From Octopus bimaculoides (Eukaryota): 63,533 nt of DNA. Position 1 is the stretch's first letter. Each line of letters opens with the position of its first letter. The notes beneath the pieces were generated by a model that was given only the letters and a program-made list of their open reading frames with translations, did no database searches and had not been told where the DNA came from. Position numbers and translations under genes: made by a program. The stretch spans positions 1,123,423 through 1,186,955 of the forward strand of contig NC_068989.1 in NCBI RefSeq assembly GCF_001194135.2. Direction: 5' to 3'. This document shows, in pieces, positions 46,800-59,690 of the stretch.

Positions 46800-46965
46800 A
46801 GGTGCAGGTGTGGCTGTGTGTTGAGAATTTTGCTTTTCAACCCCATGGCTCTGGGTTTAGCTCCACTGTGTGGAACCTTGGGCAAGTGTTTTCTTCTGTA
46901 GCCTCAGGTTGATCAAAGCTCTGTGAGTGGATTTGGTAGGTGGAAACTGAAAGAAGCCCATCATA
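46800..46965 (+). mobile_element. SINE family A head
   Basis: GGTGCAGGTGTGGCTGTGTG...ACCTTGGGCAAGTG...GGAAACTGAAAGAAGCCC. Confidence 0.85.
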
Positions 46966-47164
46966 TACAAGGTCTGATAAATAAGTATCCAGACTGTTGC
47001 TATAGTAACAGAGTGAAGCTGCTTGGCAAAGATTGACTGTGAACTCTGCTGTGCATGCACACTGAGTTTTAATGTTCTAGCTCACTTCTGCTATTTACAG
47101 CAGTGCCTGGAAGGAATGTGTGTAGCGTGTNNNNNNNNNNTAGCTCACTTCTGCTATTTACAGC

Positions 47165-47400
47165 AGTGCCTGGAAGGAATGTGTGTAGCGTGTGATCAAT
47201 GCATTGACCATGACAGAGAAAGTTGTCATGGTGATACCTGCTCAGAAGCCTATGCAAAGTTGCACTTTTTGAAAACTTTGTGTAGACCTTTGAGCAGGTA
47301 TTGCCAAGCTTTTGGCAAAATTTGATGCAGATTCTCTGCTGAACTTTCTCTCTCATAGTCAATGCAATGATCACACACTACACACCTTCCTTCCAAACAC
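47165..47400. mobile_element. Palindromic (foldback) mariner-derived MITE
   Basis: The right arm read on the minus strand encodes MREKVQQRICIKFCQKLGNTCSKVYTKF (mariner N-terminus). The left arm is its diverged, internally deleted inverse (MTEKV...GDTCSEAYAKL). The centre is at about 47262-47273. Confidence 0.75.
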
Positions 47401-48614
47401 CTCACAAATACCAGATATTACTGATGTTTGTCTTGGATTCGTGCGATTCACTCCATCTTGGCTCTGGACGTTATATGGTATAACAATCAAAGCATGCTGT
47501 GTCGTCCTCTCATCTATTCTACTCTTTAATAATTGAACTCTCTGGTAGTAGCTACAATGATGGAATTTCTATATAATTACTTGATTGATAAGATGTAGTG
47601 GCCAATGTCAGAGTTTCTGTTGCCATTGTGATGTTAAGAGAAGTTTTAAGTAATTCTTCAAGTTATATTCCATGCAGCTTTAACAATGGAATCACAAGAG
47701 GAAAGCTTGATCAGTAAACTAACAAAGGAATTACTAAGTAGCCGTTTCATTGATTTGGCGGCAATCAAAGTAATTCCAAATAGCTCCTTATTGTCCCTTA
47801 AAAGAGATTCTTAAGATCTATTAGTCTCAGTTATTATAACACCAACTGAATAATAAACTTTCTCCAAACTGTTGATGTTGCTGTCTAAACTGAACTGTAA
47901 ATTGGTTTCAATGTTCAAAGTTACGAAACAGTGGCCTCTGGTAAGACCAACTAATACAGAAGTAGGTAAGAATCTAATACATTAACTCCATATTAACAGA
48001 TTATCATGCCCCATGGCCAGGTTTTGTTTCCTTTGAAAGTTTGTAAATTCTTGACGCACATTTTCTCTTAATAAGCCTAACCTTTCCATATATCTCTTGT
48101 TTGTTCTGTCACGATTCTGTCATATATATATATATAAAGGGTATATATTTAAAAGGTATATTTTATATATAATCTAGGGATTAATAATGTCTGCCTGACA
48201 ATGGCCTTCATTTCTGTCACATATGGTGAAATAATTTCCACTCCTTAGCTCTCCCCTGCTCTATCTAATAAAGCAATCATCATTACAGATTATTATATTT
48301 ATGGCCTAGTTTTCTTTCTTTTAGACTGAATAGACAACAATTCTATGCTGTACAATGACAGTGTGCGCACGCATGCACACACACACACACACATATGTAT
48401 GTGTACACGCACATATTCTGTATTCAGTTGAAATACTGTGAATAGGAGAATAGAAAAAAATTGGAGAAATAAGATTGCATAATTATGATAATATCCTTTT
48501 ACCCTACAATCAGATCCTTTTTTTTGTTTTGTTTGGTCATCCTCATTGGCCTTGTTTCATTGTGTAAGCCTCCTGTTCAGACTTGCTGTCTACAAGTTAA
48601 GAATCACTCTACAG

Positions 48615-48659
48615 CTAGGCTTTCCTGGGATAAACACAGATTGGTGCCTTGTTAATCGT
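48615..48659 (+). other. Candidate plus-strand exon (45 nt, phase 0-0, LGFPGINTDWCLVNR)
   Basis: ctctacag| acceptor and CGT|GTAAGT donor; only one frame is open. Confidence 0.3.
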
Positions 48660-50009
48660 GTAAGTTTGGATTATAATACACTTGTTTTCTAACATTTTTG
48701 AGTTATAAAAAGAATTACTAAGCAACTGCAATCTGAAACAAGTAAAAAATATAAGAATGGTGGATCCAAGGCTGTGGATCAGAATGAATGACGATCCATC
48801 AGAGTGACTTCGTTTTGATATGAAGTCCAGAATGTCTTGTTGCAGAGTCACAGAGGTTGCTGCAAGAATTATGTTGAATTCTTTGGATCTGAAGCAAATT
48901 ATGTCTCCACCAGGGATTCATACCAACTGTGTCTATCTCAGCCCCTTCCACCAACCTACCCATTATCTCCAAACTATTAACATGTTTGGAAAGCAATTTT
49001 GTTCAGTCACACAATTTTACAAAAAGATAATTACTAAATGATTTCTCGTTTTTCTGCTTCTTTTACTGACTGGACACAGGTTTTCTTTTCTTTCTTTCTT
49101 TATTTTTTGGCAGTTATATGTGACCTTTCATAGAAATGGTGCTGGTGCTTAGTCGAAAGAAATCCAACTTGTACAAGAGGCAGCAGCTATTAATCATTTG
49201 AAACATATGTCAATCATTGTCATGTATACAGACCTGTGCATGTCACGTCTTCTTTTTCTAGGGTGGTAGTCATGGCTGAAGGGGTTGAGGTCTCAGTTTA
49301 ACCCTTTACCATTCAGATTTAATACTTATGAATTCACTTTGTTTTAAATTAATCCTGCTTTACCTCATAGCTTTGAGATTTCAACAATGTGATTGTATAT
49401 TTTTAGAATGACATTCTAGTGGTCAGATCTTGACATTTTGAACATAAAACAGGTAGAATGACCAGCTGTGGCCAGTTTAAAAGTGAAACGATCAATACTT
49501 TACCTGATTCAGTTTCATACCAGTTTCATGAAGCTAGATCTAACATGTATAAAACGAAAAGTAAATACAAACCTGACCCTGGGGCCCCTACAACATACTG
49601 ACCAGCAACACTGAACCAGGGAAGACATGGAAAGAAGTGATTCATTCTTTTTCCATAAAGTTTTTTAGTATTTTGTTAGGCCAATCAAACAATATTGTCC
49701 ATGATAAGTATGTGGTCAAGTGGGGTTGATTCCTGATGTCCCTGAATTCCAAAAGGCTCTTCTCTCAGTATTATACACCATTTAGTGAGTGCAGAAGGGG
49801 TCAGTCAGATTGGTGGGGCAAGGCAGAAAGCCCAGTTGCTACACGTGTGTTAGTAAAGGCTACTTATGGGCATTCTGTGCAGAAGAAGATTAGAAAGAGG
49901 GGAGATGATATTGATGCAGCTGACAGCAACCCAAGGTTCCTGGCAGGGTTGTGCGAGGAGGGTAGCATGGGTTAGGGGCCGATGTGGTTAGGACACCAAA
50001 GAGCTGGGT

Positions 50010-50170
50010 GTTCAAATTCTGAGTTCAAATTCTGCTGAGGTCGACATTGCCTATCATCCTTTCAGGGCCAATAAATTAAGTACCAGTTGAGAACTGGGGT
50101 CGATGTAATTGATTTACCCCGTTCCCCGAAATTGCTGGCCTTGTACCAAAATTTGAAACCAATATTATTA
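50010..50170 (+). mobile_element. SINE family B copy
   Basis: GAGTTCAAATTCTGCTGAGGTCGAC...AAGTACCAGTTGAG. Confidence 0.85.
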
Positions 50171-50206
50171 CTGTTAATAATGTTCTTTTATTTTTTGTTT
50201 TTGCAG

Positions 50207-50260
50207 TGGTTTTACTGTGTGCTTTCACTGCATAATTGAGCCCAGCTCTGTGCACCTTGG
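50207..50260 (+). other. Candidate plus-strand exon (54 nt, open phase 2-2: GFTVCFHCIIEPSSVHL)
   Basis: Very strong acceptor (ttttttgtttttgcag|) and TGG|GTAAGT donor. Confidence 0.4.
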
Positions 50261-50339
50261 GTAAGTACAGTGTATTCATTTGTCTTTCTAGTTACTCTGT
50301 AGAATGTGTTGTGGTTCCTCTCTGTTTTATGAATGTACA

Positions 50340-51100
50340 ACATCTGGAATCTTGGTTACATGTCTGTGTCTTTCTTCGTTAACTTTTCTATGCTTTCATT
50401 ACAGTTGCTATTTACTTTCTGGATATTTCCACATCTTTAATATTTATCGTATTTCACCGCTTCCTCTTGGAGATATCGTCTCATCTGTTGAGATTAATAC
50501 TCTTTTATCAAGAAACTTTTTTGTTTCTCATGGGTCCTTAAGAATCCACCTTGGCTTTGTGAATGAAGGTACATAAAAGGAACCTAAGAATAAGGTCTTT
50601 CGTTTCTCAGTCCTTGAAAACTGGATCATCTCAAAGCATCACCACGTTTGGCGAAGCTCTCATCAATTTCTTCAAATATCATTTGAAGAGGAAGTCGATG
50701 GTGGAGAGGGAGGTGCTGCCCTCTAGTGTGTTTTATCAAAAAGTGGATGAGAGTGGCAAGACTGGAGAGGCTAAATAGAACTACTCAAACTAGATCTATT
50801 TCCTAAGTAGGAGGAAAGAAACTGGAAGATGGCACTTCCTGTTTTTTGTTGGGATTTACCCTGAATTACTCAAAGTGAACTGCCCTGTTTATTAGAGTGG
50901 GGGGGGGNNNNNNNNNNGGGGGGGGTCAACATATTTATTAAATATTTCTCCAATTTTTGTTTCTATATCCTTTTGTTATTTTCTTTAATGTTGTAGTTTC
51001 TTCCCTTGATTGATATAAACCTCACCTATTTTTGTGTGTTGTGTCTTGTCCTTTGATATTGTCCTCTATATCTTGGGGCCTTGTGGCCAATAAAACAAAT
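50340..51100 (+). mobile_element. Probable L1/Tx1-type LINE 3' end (ORF2 C-terminus plus 3'UTR)
   Basis: ALINFFKYHLKRKSMVEREVL resembles a recalled ORF2 C-terminal pattern. It is followed by a T-rich UTR and AATAAA at about 51089. The family call is not verified. Confidence 0.45.
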
Positions 51101-51159
51101 CGTTGTTTTTATTGTTTCACTTCTCAGAATGTTCGCTCTTGTTTGTTCTGGTTGATTCT

Positions 51160-51285
51160 GTGAGAGAAGGCTGGAGGGTATATCAGCCGAAACGTTGTGT
51201 TAACAACAAACAAGATGAGGACAAATATCTGTCAAATGTAAATAATGTAAATAATTCCTCATCTCTTAAATATAGAACTGAATTA
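51160..51285 (+). mobile_element. Probable Penelope-like terminal fragment with a degenerate hammerhead-like motif
   Basis: GGCTG(N10)CAGCC stem immediately followed by GAAACG; the upstream CUGANGA is degenerate. Confidence 0.4.
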
Positions 51286-52229
51286 ACCTTCATCTCCCTG
51301 TTTGTGTGGATTGTCCTATGCTAGAGGATGGTCACTCTACAGTCTCCGAAGACATTTCTGGTCTATCTTTAGACTCTCTCTTTTCTGTTGAGCTTGACAT
51401 AACTTTCAATGTATGAAGTCTAGTGGGATTGACAACAGCATTGGCATGGTTGGATTGTCTTTGATCAACTGTCAGCTTGGTCAGAGCCAACTGGAGGCTG
51501 AACAACAACAACAACACGAGCTGTCTGTCTTTCTCACACATTGATTCATTCCCTTTTTCTGTGCCATTTGCAAATGCATACACATACTATCTCACACACA
51601 TGTGCACACACTGTCTCACATAGCCCTTCTGTCTCTTTGTCTTCTCTCCTCACACACACACACACACAGACACAAGTACATGTGTGTGTGTGTGTGTGAG
51701 TATATATATATATATATATATCTTTATGGTAGTCTTATGTTTGAGTGTATTTGTTTCGCTGTTTGTTAATCTTTTGAGTAATTTTCTCTCTCTCTCTGTT
51801 TGTTTCGGTGAATCTCTCTCTCTCTCCCCCACACACTCCATACACACAGCTCTAATCAAGAAGATCCAGCTTCTGTAGTTCCAATATGTCTACCTGTGCT
51901 GTGTGAATTTAAAATAACAAATATGCAGATCAAAAGGAAGTCTTTACCTCTGCAAGTGTTAAATTGACGCATGCACTAAACCTGCACTTAATTAACCTTT
52001 GAGGGTTGCTGAGTGTGGGGTTGGGTGTGAACGTTGTGCATGATGTGTGAATGCATGTATGCAACTACTTGTACATATGTGTATACACACATGCACACAT
52101 GTGGGGACACATGGAGCACACTTGAGTAGAAATACATACAGACTCTTAAACAGAGGCATACATATGACACACAGGTAGACAGACGGACACAAAGGTTGAC
52201 GGATAAATACCAATGGACATACAGACAGT

Positions 52230-52510
52230 TATGGACTCATTGGCATTCAGACATAAAAGCAGTGACATTTATAGACACACACGCGTGACAAACAGATATG
52301 GGCATAGAGACATATTGGACACACACACACACACACAAATTGACAGACAAGAGCATAGAGATCAGTTGACATGAGACATACAGGATAACAGATTTTGACA
52401 TTCAAGAAGACAGATTTTGACATACAGGATGACAGACATTGACATACAAACTGACTGACATTGACATACAAATTGACAGATGTTGACATATGGACATAGG
52501 CAGTCACATG
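52230..52510. repeat. Degenerate minisatellite of about 22 bp (ttgacatacag..gacaga)
   Basis: TTGACATAC recurs at about 22-nt spacing, most clearly at 52390-52500. Confidence 0.65.
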
Positions 52511-52844
52511 AACACCTAAGCAGACAGATTTATGGAGATTCAGGCAGACATACAGTCTGCTTTAAACCATGTTGGTTTACTGCTTTAAACAGACACAAAA
52601 TTTAAGAAGAAAAAGTTGGAATTTGAAAAACAGAAACCAATTTTAAAAAGGATAATGAGAAACTGTTTAATTTCTGGTTAATTAGTTGACAGGAGATATG
52701 GAGGAGATAGGGTTGGAAGTGGGTGGTTCTAATTTTTCATTGGGGACAAGTTAAAGAATTCCTGTTTTGATGGTTTTTTGTTTTCTAATCTTGTTTCCCA
52801 ATCTTGTTTCCCATTTCTGTTGTGGTGGTCATCTTTTATCTTTT

Positions 52845-53210
52845 GTCCTTTACTCGTTTCAGTCATTAGACCACAGCCATGCTGGGGCACTGCCTTGAAG
52901 AATCTTTAGTCGAATGAACTGACCCCAGTACTTTTTTTTAAAGCAGGGTACTTACTCTGTCAGTCTTTTTTGCAGAACCGCTAAGTTACGAAATGTAAAG
53001 ATACCAACATCAGTTATCAGGTGGTGGTGGGGTACAAACACACACATTTGGGATGGGCTTCTTTCAGTTTCTGTCTACTAAATCCATTCATAAATCTTTG
53101 GCTGGCTTGAGGCTATAGTAGAAAACACTTACCCACGGTGCCATGCTGTGGGACTGAACCCAAAAGCATGTGGTTGGGAAGCAAGCTTCTTACCATACAG
53201 CCACTTCTAC
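52845..53210 (-). mobile_element. SINE family A, near full length
   Basis: Head GCAAGCTTCTTACCATACAGCCAC, body GCAGAACCGCTAAGTTACG, tail TTTACTCGTTTCAGTCATT. Confidence 0.88.
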
Positions 53211-53438
53211 ACCCCATTCTTAGCTTTTTCTTTTTAACAGTCGATGGTGATGATGGTGGTAGTGAGAGTGTAGCAGTGGGTGGTGGTGGTTGAATGTTGT
53301 TTTAGTGGTGGTTGGGGGAGTGGGGACAAAGGTGGGGTAGTGGTGGTGGTGGATATGAGAATTCTTCAAAGATTATTAGTGGCTGAGGAAACTTCCTTTG
53401 CTTCATTTAGATTTTTGGGTTTTCTTCAGATTTTGTGG

Positions 53439-53476
<38 letters not shown>

Positions 53477-54804
53477 ATGTTACTAAGTGGATATGTGTAT
53501 TTGTTGGTGGTGTGGTCCACATGTGGAGTGGGTGAGAGACTGTTTATGTTCACACATGAAACTGTGTGAATGTGCATTTGTGTGTGTGTGTGTGTGTGTG
53601 TGAGGCTGTATGAGATCTGTGTGTTTATGATGTGTTAATGTCTGTAATTAACTACCTGTCCTCTCTTAGTGATTAATGATACTGCCAAACAAAAAACAAA
53701 AACCCCCCCAAAAATGTTAAAATAATAAAATCAAACAAACAATCAACTAATCAACTGTTTTCTTCCAGAACTGTGAATTGAATTGAAAGCCTGGCAACTG
53801 TTTCCTCTTGGTGACAATATGTGGATGTATGGATGTGTAGCTATATACACACACACATTGTTGTAGTGTCTCTGTTGTTTGTCTGTGTGTCTATATAGAC
53901 GTATGGAAGGACTTTTTAATGGGTGTGTGTGTTTCTGTGCTGAAGAAAAATATTCTCTGGTGGAGGCGATGGTGGTAGTAGCGATGGTCGTTGTGGTGAT
54001 GGTGGTGGTGGTGGTGATAGTGGAGGCGATGGTGGTAGTAGTGGTGGTGGTGGTGGTGGTGATGGTGGTTTAATATTTGATTTGTGAAAAGGTGCTGAGG
54101 TGGATTTAATAAGGTGTTTGTTTAATTAATGCTGGGTTATTGAGTGTTCGTTAAGTAAAGATACATTTATTACACTTGATTTGAAATCTATGCTTGGAAT
54201 GGCAAAGCAAAGAGAAAGATAATGCAAGAATTACTTGCAAAATGTGAACTTTATTTTGGAAATGAAACTGAAGAGATTGGAATTTTGAGGCAGAACAAAA
54301 GATTTTATAATATTTTTGGTGTCTTGTAATAATTCAAATTCCAAGCCATTAAAGAATCAGTGATGATGGCTACTACAAACCAAAAATCTGCCAATTAACT
54401 GTCTTGAGGTAATTGTTTCTAATTTAAATATAAAGTCAACTATTTTTGAGGGGAGGGGAATAGTTTATTACATGGATCCCAGTATGTGACCCCAAAAAAG
54501 TCAAAAGGCAAATTTTCTCTCAGTGGTTGTCGGGGTGGGGGAAGCTTCCACTAAAACCAGTGCAGTTCTCTTCAGTTCATTGTTCTTGTATGAAAATCCT
54601 CTTGAAATGGTTATTCAATGATGCTTTTCTCAATGGCTTTCTCAAAGTGGATGGATTACAATTAAAACCAGATTATCTTCATCCTGGTTGCTTATGAGTT
54701 GGTTTTAGTTTGGAATTAGTGTGGCAGCCAGTCTTCCTGATGGTGGTTTCTGATATTGTCTCTATGTTCTACTAATGAGGTATTTACAAATCATTACGTA
54801 TTTT

Positions 54805-55085
54805 CATCAGCATCATCATCATCGTTTAACATCCGTTTTCCACGCTGGCATGGGTTGGATGGTTTGACTGATGTCTGGAAAGCCAGCGGCTACACCAGGC
54901 TCCCATCTGATCTGGCAGTGTTTCTACAGCTGGATGCCCTTCCTAGTGCCACTGGCACAGGAGCCAGTCAGGCGGGCCTGGCATTGATCACGTTTGGATA
55001 GTGCTTTTTACGTGCCATCAGCATGGAGGCCAGTCAGTGGGTTCTGGCATCGGCCACATTTGGATGGTGCTTCTTGCATGCCACT
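54805..55085 (-). mobile_element. Family C RTE 3'UTR fragment with an internal tandem unit
   Basis: (CAT)n tail plus two related units of about 62 bp (GCCAGTCAG...TGGCAT..CAC.TTTGGAT.GTGCTT). Confidence 0.85.
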
Positions 55086-56589
55086 TCTAATAATAAGAAT
55101 CCTTTCTATTATAAGCAGAAGGCCTGGAATACTTGGGGAGATGGCTCAGCGATTACTTTGAACCCAGTGCTCATTTGGTACTTATTTTGTTGACCCCATA
55201 AGGATGAAAGACAAAGTCTGTCTTGGTGGTATTTGAAATGAGAATAGATGAAATGCTGCTAAGATGGACAAAATACCATTCAGCATTTTGTCTGCTGTGT
55301 TAATGATTTTATATTTAATTAACAATCAAGTGATAATGGAGACAAGGCAACCAGTTTCTATTTGTAAGTCTTGTACTCTGATTGTGAGATGAAGTTAATC
55401 TCGGGCAGCCTTGAACCCCAAACTATTTAATGTAAACCATTAACACAAACATGTTAGACTGGTGTTCTTTTGCTAGTTCAGCATCTCTACATTTACCGTT
55501 TTCTTTCATACTTACAGGTGTAGCTTCCTTCTTAGAAATCTGAATGCTAGAAGGGCAGCACATTTTTCTTGGCCGTTTGTGTTATTGAAGGCCTTACACT
55601 AAATAACGTAGATGTATTCCTTCTTTAAAAAAAAATATCTCTTTGGAAATAACTTTTCTGCTGATGTATTATTGCCAGTTGTGTGAGAGAGAGAGAGAGA
55701 GAAAGGAAGGGAGAGAGAGGTAGTGAAAAGAATAAAGAAAAAGAAATTGTTTTTCTTTTTTGTTTTTGTTAATTGCTGTTGAATGACCACTTAAATGTTT
55801 TTGGTACTTCATTTATTGATTGTAGAAGGATGAAAATGCCAAGACAGCTTTGGCAGGGTTCCATTTTGGAACCGTATATTGCCAAGTGATTATAAATGAT
55901 GTAGTCTAGTCTTGTCTTGTATTTCCAGCCCTCAGCCATTTCGAACAGTTGTCTAGAATTGCTTTTGGTTGTGTAATCCTGTTAAGACCTGACTGCACCT
56001 CATATGGTCGGTTTTACTTGAAGCATTCAAGATTTATCAGAGGAAACATTTGACAATTATCAAATTCCACTGCAATCAACTTAGCCCTTTTAATGCCTTG
56101 ACTATTGATAAACAACTAATTAAAGACTGGAACATAATTCTACCATTTCATATTGTGTTCTCTTATATCTCTTCATAGTATTGTGTCACATTGAAAATCA
56201 TTATAGAATCTTTCTGTTTTCTTGGTCTTGGAGTCTTTTTGTTCCTCCTTGATTCCGTTATGGATATCAGTTCGGTATTTATTTTATTGATCTCTATTTT
56301 ATTGATCTCTATTTTATTGAATTGCTGACTTGAAGCATTTTGTTCTTGTTTGAGACATTGCCATTTATGGTAATTAGAGGGAGAAAGAAGATACCTTGTG
56401 GTATTAAATTATGTCTGGTAAATTCCCAGTTCAAATCTTGCTGTAAATCGCTTTGCCTTACATCTTCCCAGGGTCATTGAAATAAGTGAAAAGACTGGGG
56501 TTGATATAATCAGCTGTTTCCTTTCTCCTTTTGTTTGTGGTAAAAATCCTTACCCCTGCTACTGCCAATAATGGGAGTGGAGGGGGGGG

Positions 56590-56975
56590 GGGGTACCACG
56601 AGCCCTAATTCTTGGTTGATATTTTACCAACCTCAGAAGAATGAAAGGCAAAGTTGACTTTGGTGGGATTTGAAATCAGAACATGAAAACTGCAATGCAT
56701 TTCATCCAGCATTCTAACAATTCTGCCAAATAATGATAAATAATAATAATAATAATAATAATGATGATCCTCTTTACTATGGGCACAAGGCCTGAAATTT
56801 TAGGGGAGGGGTGAAGTCGATTACATCAACCTCAGTACTCAACAAGTCCTTAATTTATCAACCTCGAAAGGATGAAAGGCAAAGGTGACCTTGGTAGAAT
56901 TTGAACTCAGAACATTAAAGCCGGATAAAATGCTGTTAAGCATTTTGTCTGGCGTGGTAAGGATTCTGTTTGCTC
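56590..56975 (-). mobile_element. Two tandem SINE family B copies (about 56590-56730 and 56765-56975)
   Basis: GAAAGGCAAAG...TTTGAA..CAGAAC occurs twice, separated by (AAT)n. Confidence 0.82.
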
Positions 56976-57249
56976 AAAGTCTTAATGATAATAACAACAA
57001 CAATTAAAACTCTGTAATTCTAGGCCCCATAGCCTAGAAATACGGTTTTGGTGTCTAACTAGTTCCTGGAACCTTTTGATATCACCTTGTAAGATTCAAG
57101 TGCCATGTATTTCTTCGTTGTCCTCCTTTTCTCTTCCCCATTCTCTGTTGATGTTTAAGTCTGGTGATGTCAGACTGGTGGAGTGTCTGACCAATCCTCC
57201 TCTAAAGCTATGAAGGAGCTGAAAAGAATTTCATCTTCAAAGGTCAGCT

Positions 57250-57292
<43 letters not shown>

Positions 57293-58337
57293 ATTTAAAG
57301 ATTTGAGGAAGTAGTGGGGTAAGTGGGGAGGGGTAAAGTCTCTAACCAAAGGAATTTCTGTTTTATACTTTCATTTTGTTACATTTTGTTACTAAGCAAC
57401 AGTTTTCACTATTTTTTGTGTTACTCAAAACCGTTTTGCGTCTTTAAGGTCTAGTTTAAAAATAAACATAAAATAAATACAAGCCTGGACGAAGATTAAA
57501 TATTTAAATATTTTTTTTTCTGTTGAACACTGGAGCATTTGTAGACAGAAATATCGTTAGCATGTGAGTGTGTGTGTGTATGTGTGTGTGAATTGTAAGT
57601 GCATTTAAATGTGTTCATAGTGTGTGTTATAAGTATATGTAAACATGTTTGTAAGAATATATATATATGTGTGTGTATATGTATATATATGTGTGTATGT
57701 GCTGTGTGATGTGTGTATGTCTGTGTCTTTTTTTCAGTAGAGAGCAACCTCTCAGCCTCCACCCTACCTGAGACTGCACCTTGTCCTACATTACCAACCT
57801 GTTGTTGCTATTTAGTTCCAGGTCACTTGTCCCAGAGGAACAAATCTACAATTAAAAAAATAAAAGGAGAAAAAGCATTCCAGATATGACTGGATTTTTT
57901 TTTCAAAGCAAAGTTTATCTGAGTGTACATTATCTAATATGTACATTTAAAGCAGTAGGGTTTGATTTGAGGAAGAGTTGGTTACTGTTTCTAGGAAGTT
58001 GTGCCACTCATTGGCTCATTGCTCTATATTTAAGAGATGAGGAATTATGTACATTATTTACATTATTTACGGGCATATGGCGTAGTGGTTCAGACTCACT
58101 AAAATAAGTACCAGTTGAGAGCCTGGCGTCAGTGCAGTCAACTTGCAGCCTCAGCCCCAAATTTCAGGCCTTGTGTCTTTAATAGAAAGGATTTTCAAAA
58201 CGGTTTACTTTTTATGTTGTGTGTTTTACATTGTTGAATAACAAAACAAATGGAATGGATCCAGTTTATTTGGTTAACTTGGTTATTTCAAGTTCTTCTT
58301 ACCAAGAATATATTTCCAGAATAGAGTTGTTTGTTTT

Positions 58338-58370
<33 letters not shown>

Positions 58371-58840
58371 TTAACGTTTGTTTTCCATGCTGGCATGAGT
58401 TGGACAGTTTGACATGGAGCTGACCAGCCAGGAAGACGTCCAGACTCCAATTGTCTGTTGTGGCATGGTTTCCATGGCTGGGATGCCTTTCCTAATGGCA
58501 ACCACTTTACAGAGTTTGCTGGGTGCTTTTTATGTGCCGCTGGTATGGGTGCATTTATGCAGCACCGGTGCAAGTCTCTTTTATGTGGCACTGGCACCTG
58601 TAAAGGACAAGCAATTCACCACAGCTCCCTGTCCCTTGTCATTCCCTCAGTGAGGCTCAGTGTCTGAAGGTCCCTTAGGACTTTGTCCCACACCTTTCTT
58701 GGTTGTTCCCTCCACAGTTAGGGTTCAGCACTTCTTTACACAGCTGTCCTCATCCATATGCATCACATGACCAAACCAGCTCAGTCTTCTCTCTTGCACG
58801 CAACATCTAATGCCACCTGTACCCAGTTTTCCTCTTAATG
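58338..58840 (-). mobile_element. 5'-truncated RTE LINE: ORF C-terminus joined to the family C 3'UTR and (GAT)n tail
   Basis: The minus strand gives LRGKLGTGGIRCCVQERRLSWFGHVMHMDEDSCVKKC (RL.W.GHV motif), contiguous with the family C tail. Confidence 0.85.
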
Positions 58841-59341
58841 TTTACAAAACCCACCCCCAAAAGTACCCAAACAAAAGAATCTTGCACATGGCTTCCTCAT
58901 TGTGTCAATATGAGAAACTAGAACTACAATGATGATGATGATGATGACGATGGTAGTGGTGGCCATGAATGGCATTGGGAAATGATTTGTCACAGAAACG
59001 TGTCATTATTCTGTGAATAAACTTAAGATTATTAGAAACATTGTGGATTTCATGCTATTTATAGACATCTCTAAATTTAACCAGGAATTGGAATAAAATG
59101 TTGGGTGGAGTTATAATAATAATGATGATGATGATGATGATGATAGTGATGATAATGATTTCTGACACTGGCATAAGGCCAAGGATGTTAGGCAAATTGA
59201 ACCAAGCACGGTGCATGACTGGTGCTAAATTTATTTACTCCAGTTGGATGAATGATAAAGTTGATCCTGTAGAAGTGTTGAGGAATGAAACTAAAAACCC
59301 TATATGACATGAAGTCTGGCATTTTAATGTTTCTCCTAAGT

Positions 59342-59493
59342 CACTACCTCAGTCATCACCACCAATCACAAGGCCAAACATCCCTGAAAGTTTCATCTGA
59401 ATCCATCCAGTGGTTCTTGAGATATCTTGTCCATGGACAAACAAACAAACACGACTGAAAACAATACCTCTGCCTTCGCTAAGGCGGAGGTAA
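59342..59493 (+). mobile_element. Helentron/DINE-1-like non-autonomous element
   Basis: Starts ctacctc, has an internal (CAAA)n and ends in a 12-bp hairpin tacctctgcctt-cgct-aaggcggaggta whose arm repeats the start motif. Confidence 0.6.
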
Positions 59494-59651
59494 CAAGTGT
59501 GTACAAGTTTCAAAACAGAATATGGAACATTATCTTGTGTAAAGACTTGATTATGTTATAGAGTGTTCTTTAATAAGTCTTCTTAATTAGCCAATGGCTA
59601 TTGATGTATCTCATTAGTAATAAATAGATTTAATTGTGTGATTTGTTTTCT

Positions 59652-59690
<39 letters not shown>

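Noticed and set aside
47078-47193. 53-bp direct repeat flanking a 10-N gap
   Set aside because: This is the classic unmerged contig overlap, an assembly artefact rather than a biological repeat.
51332-51583. 83-aa minus-strand ORF with a short hydrophobic run
   Set aside because: The hydrophobic part is a (TTG)n microsatellite; no family resemblance or supporting gene structure.
11661-53210. tRNA-like A/B boxes as tRNA genes
   Set aside because: All are heads of multi-copy SINEs, with no complete cloverleaf or poly-T terminator.
56280-56320. Short tandem duplications (15-bp x2.7 here; 14-bp at about 52787; 7-bp x3 at about 46051)
   Set aside because: These are ordinary slippage products with no unique spacers, so they are not CRISPR-like arrays.
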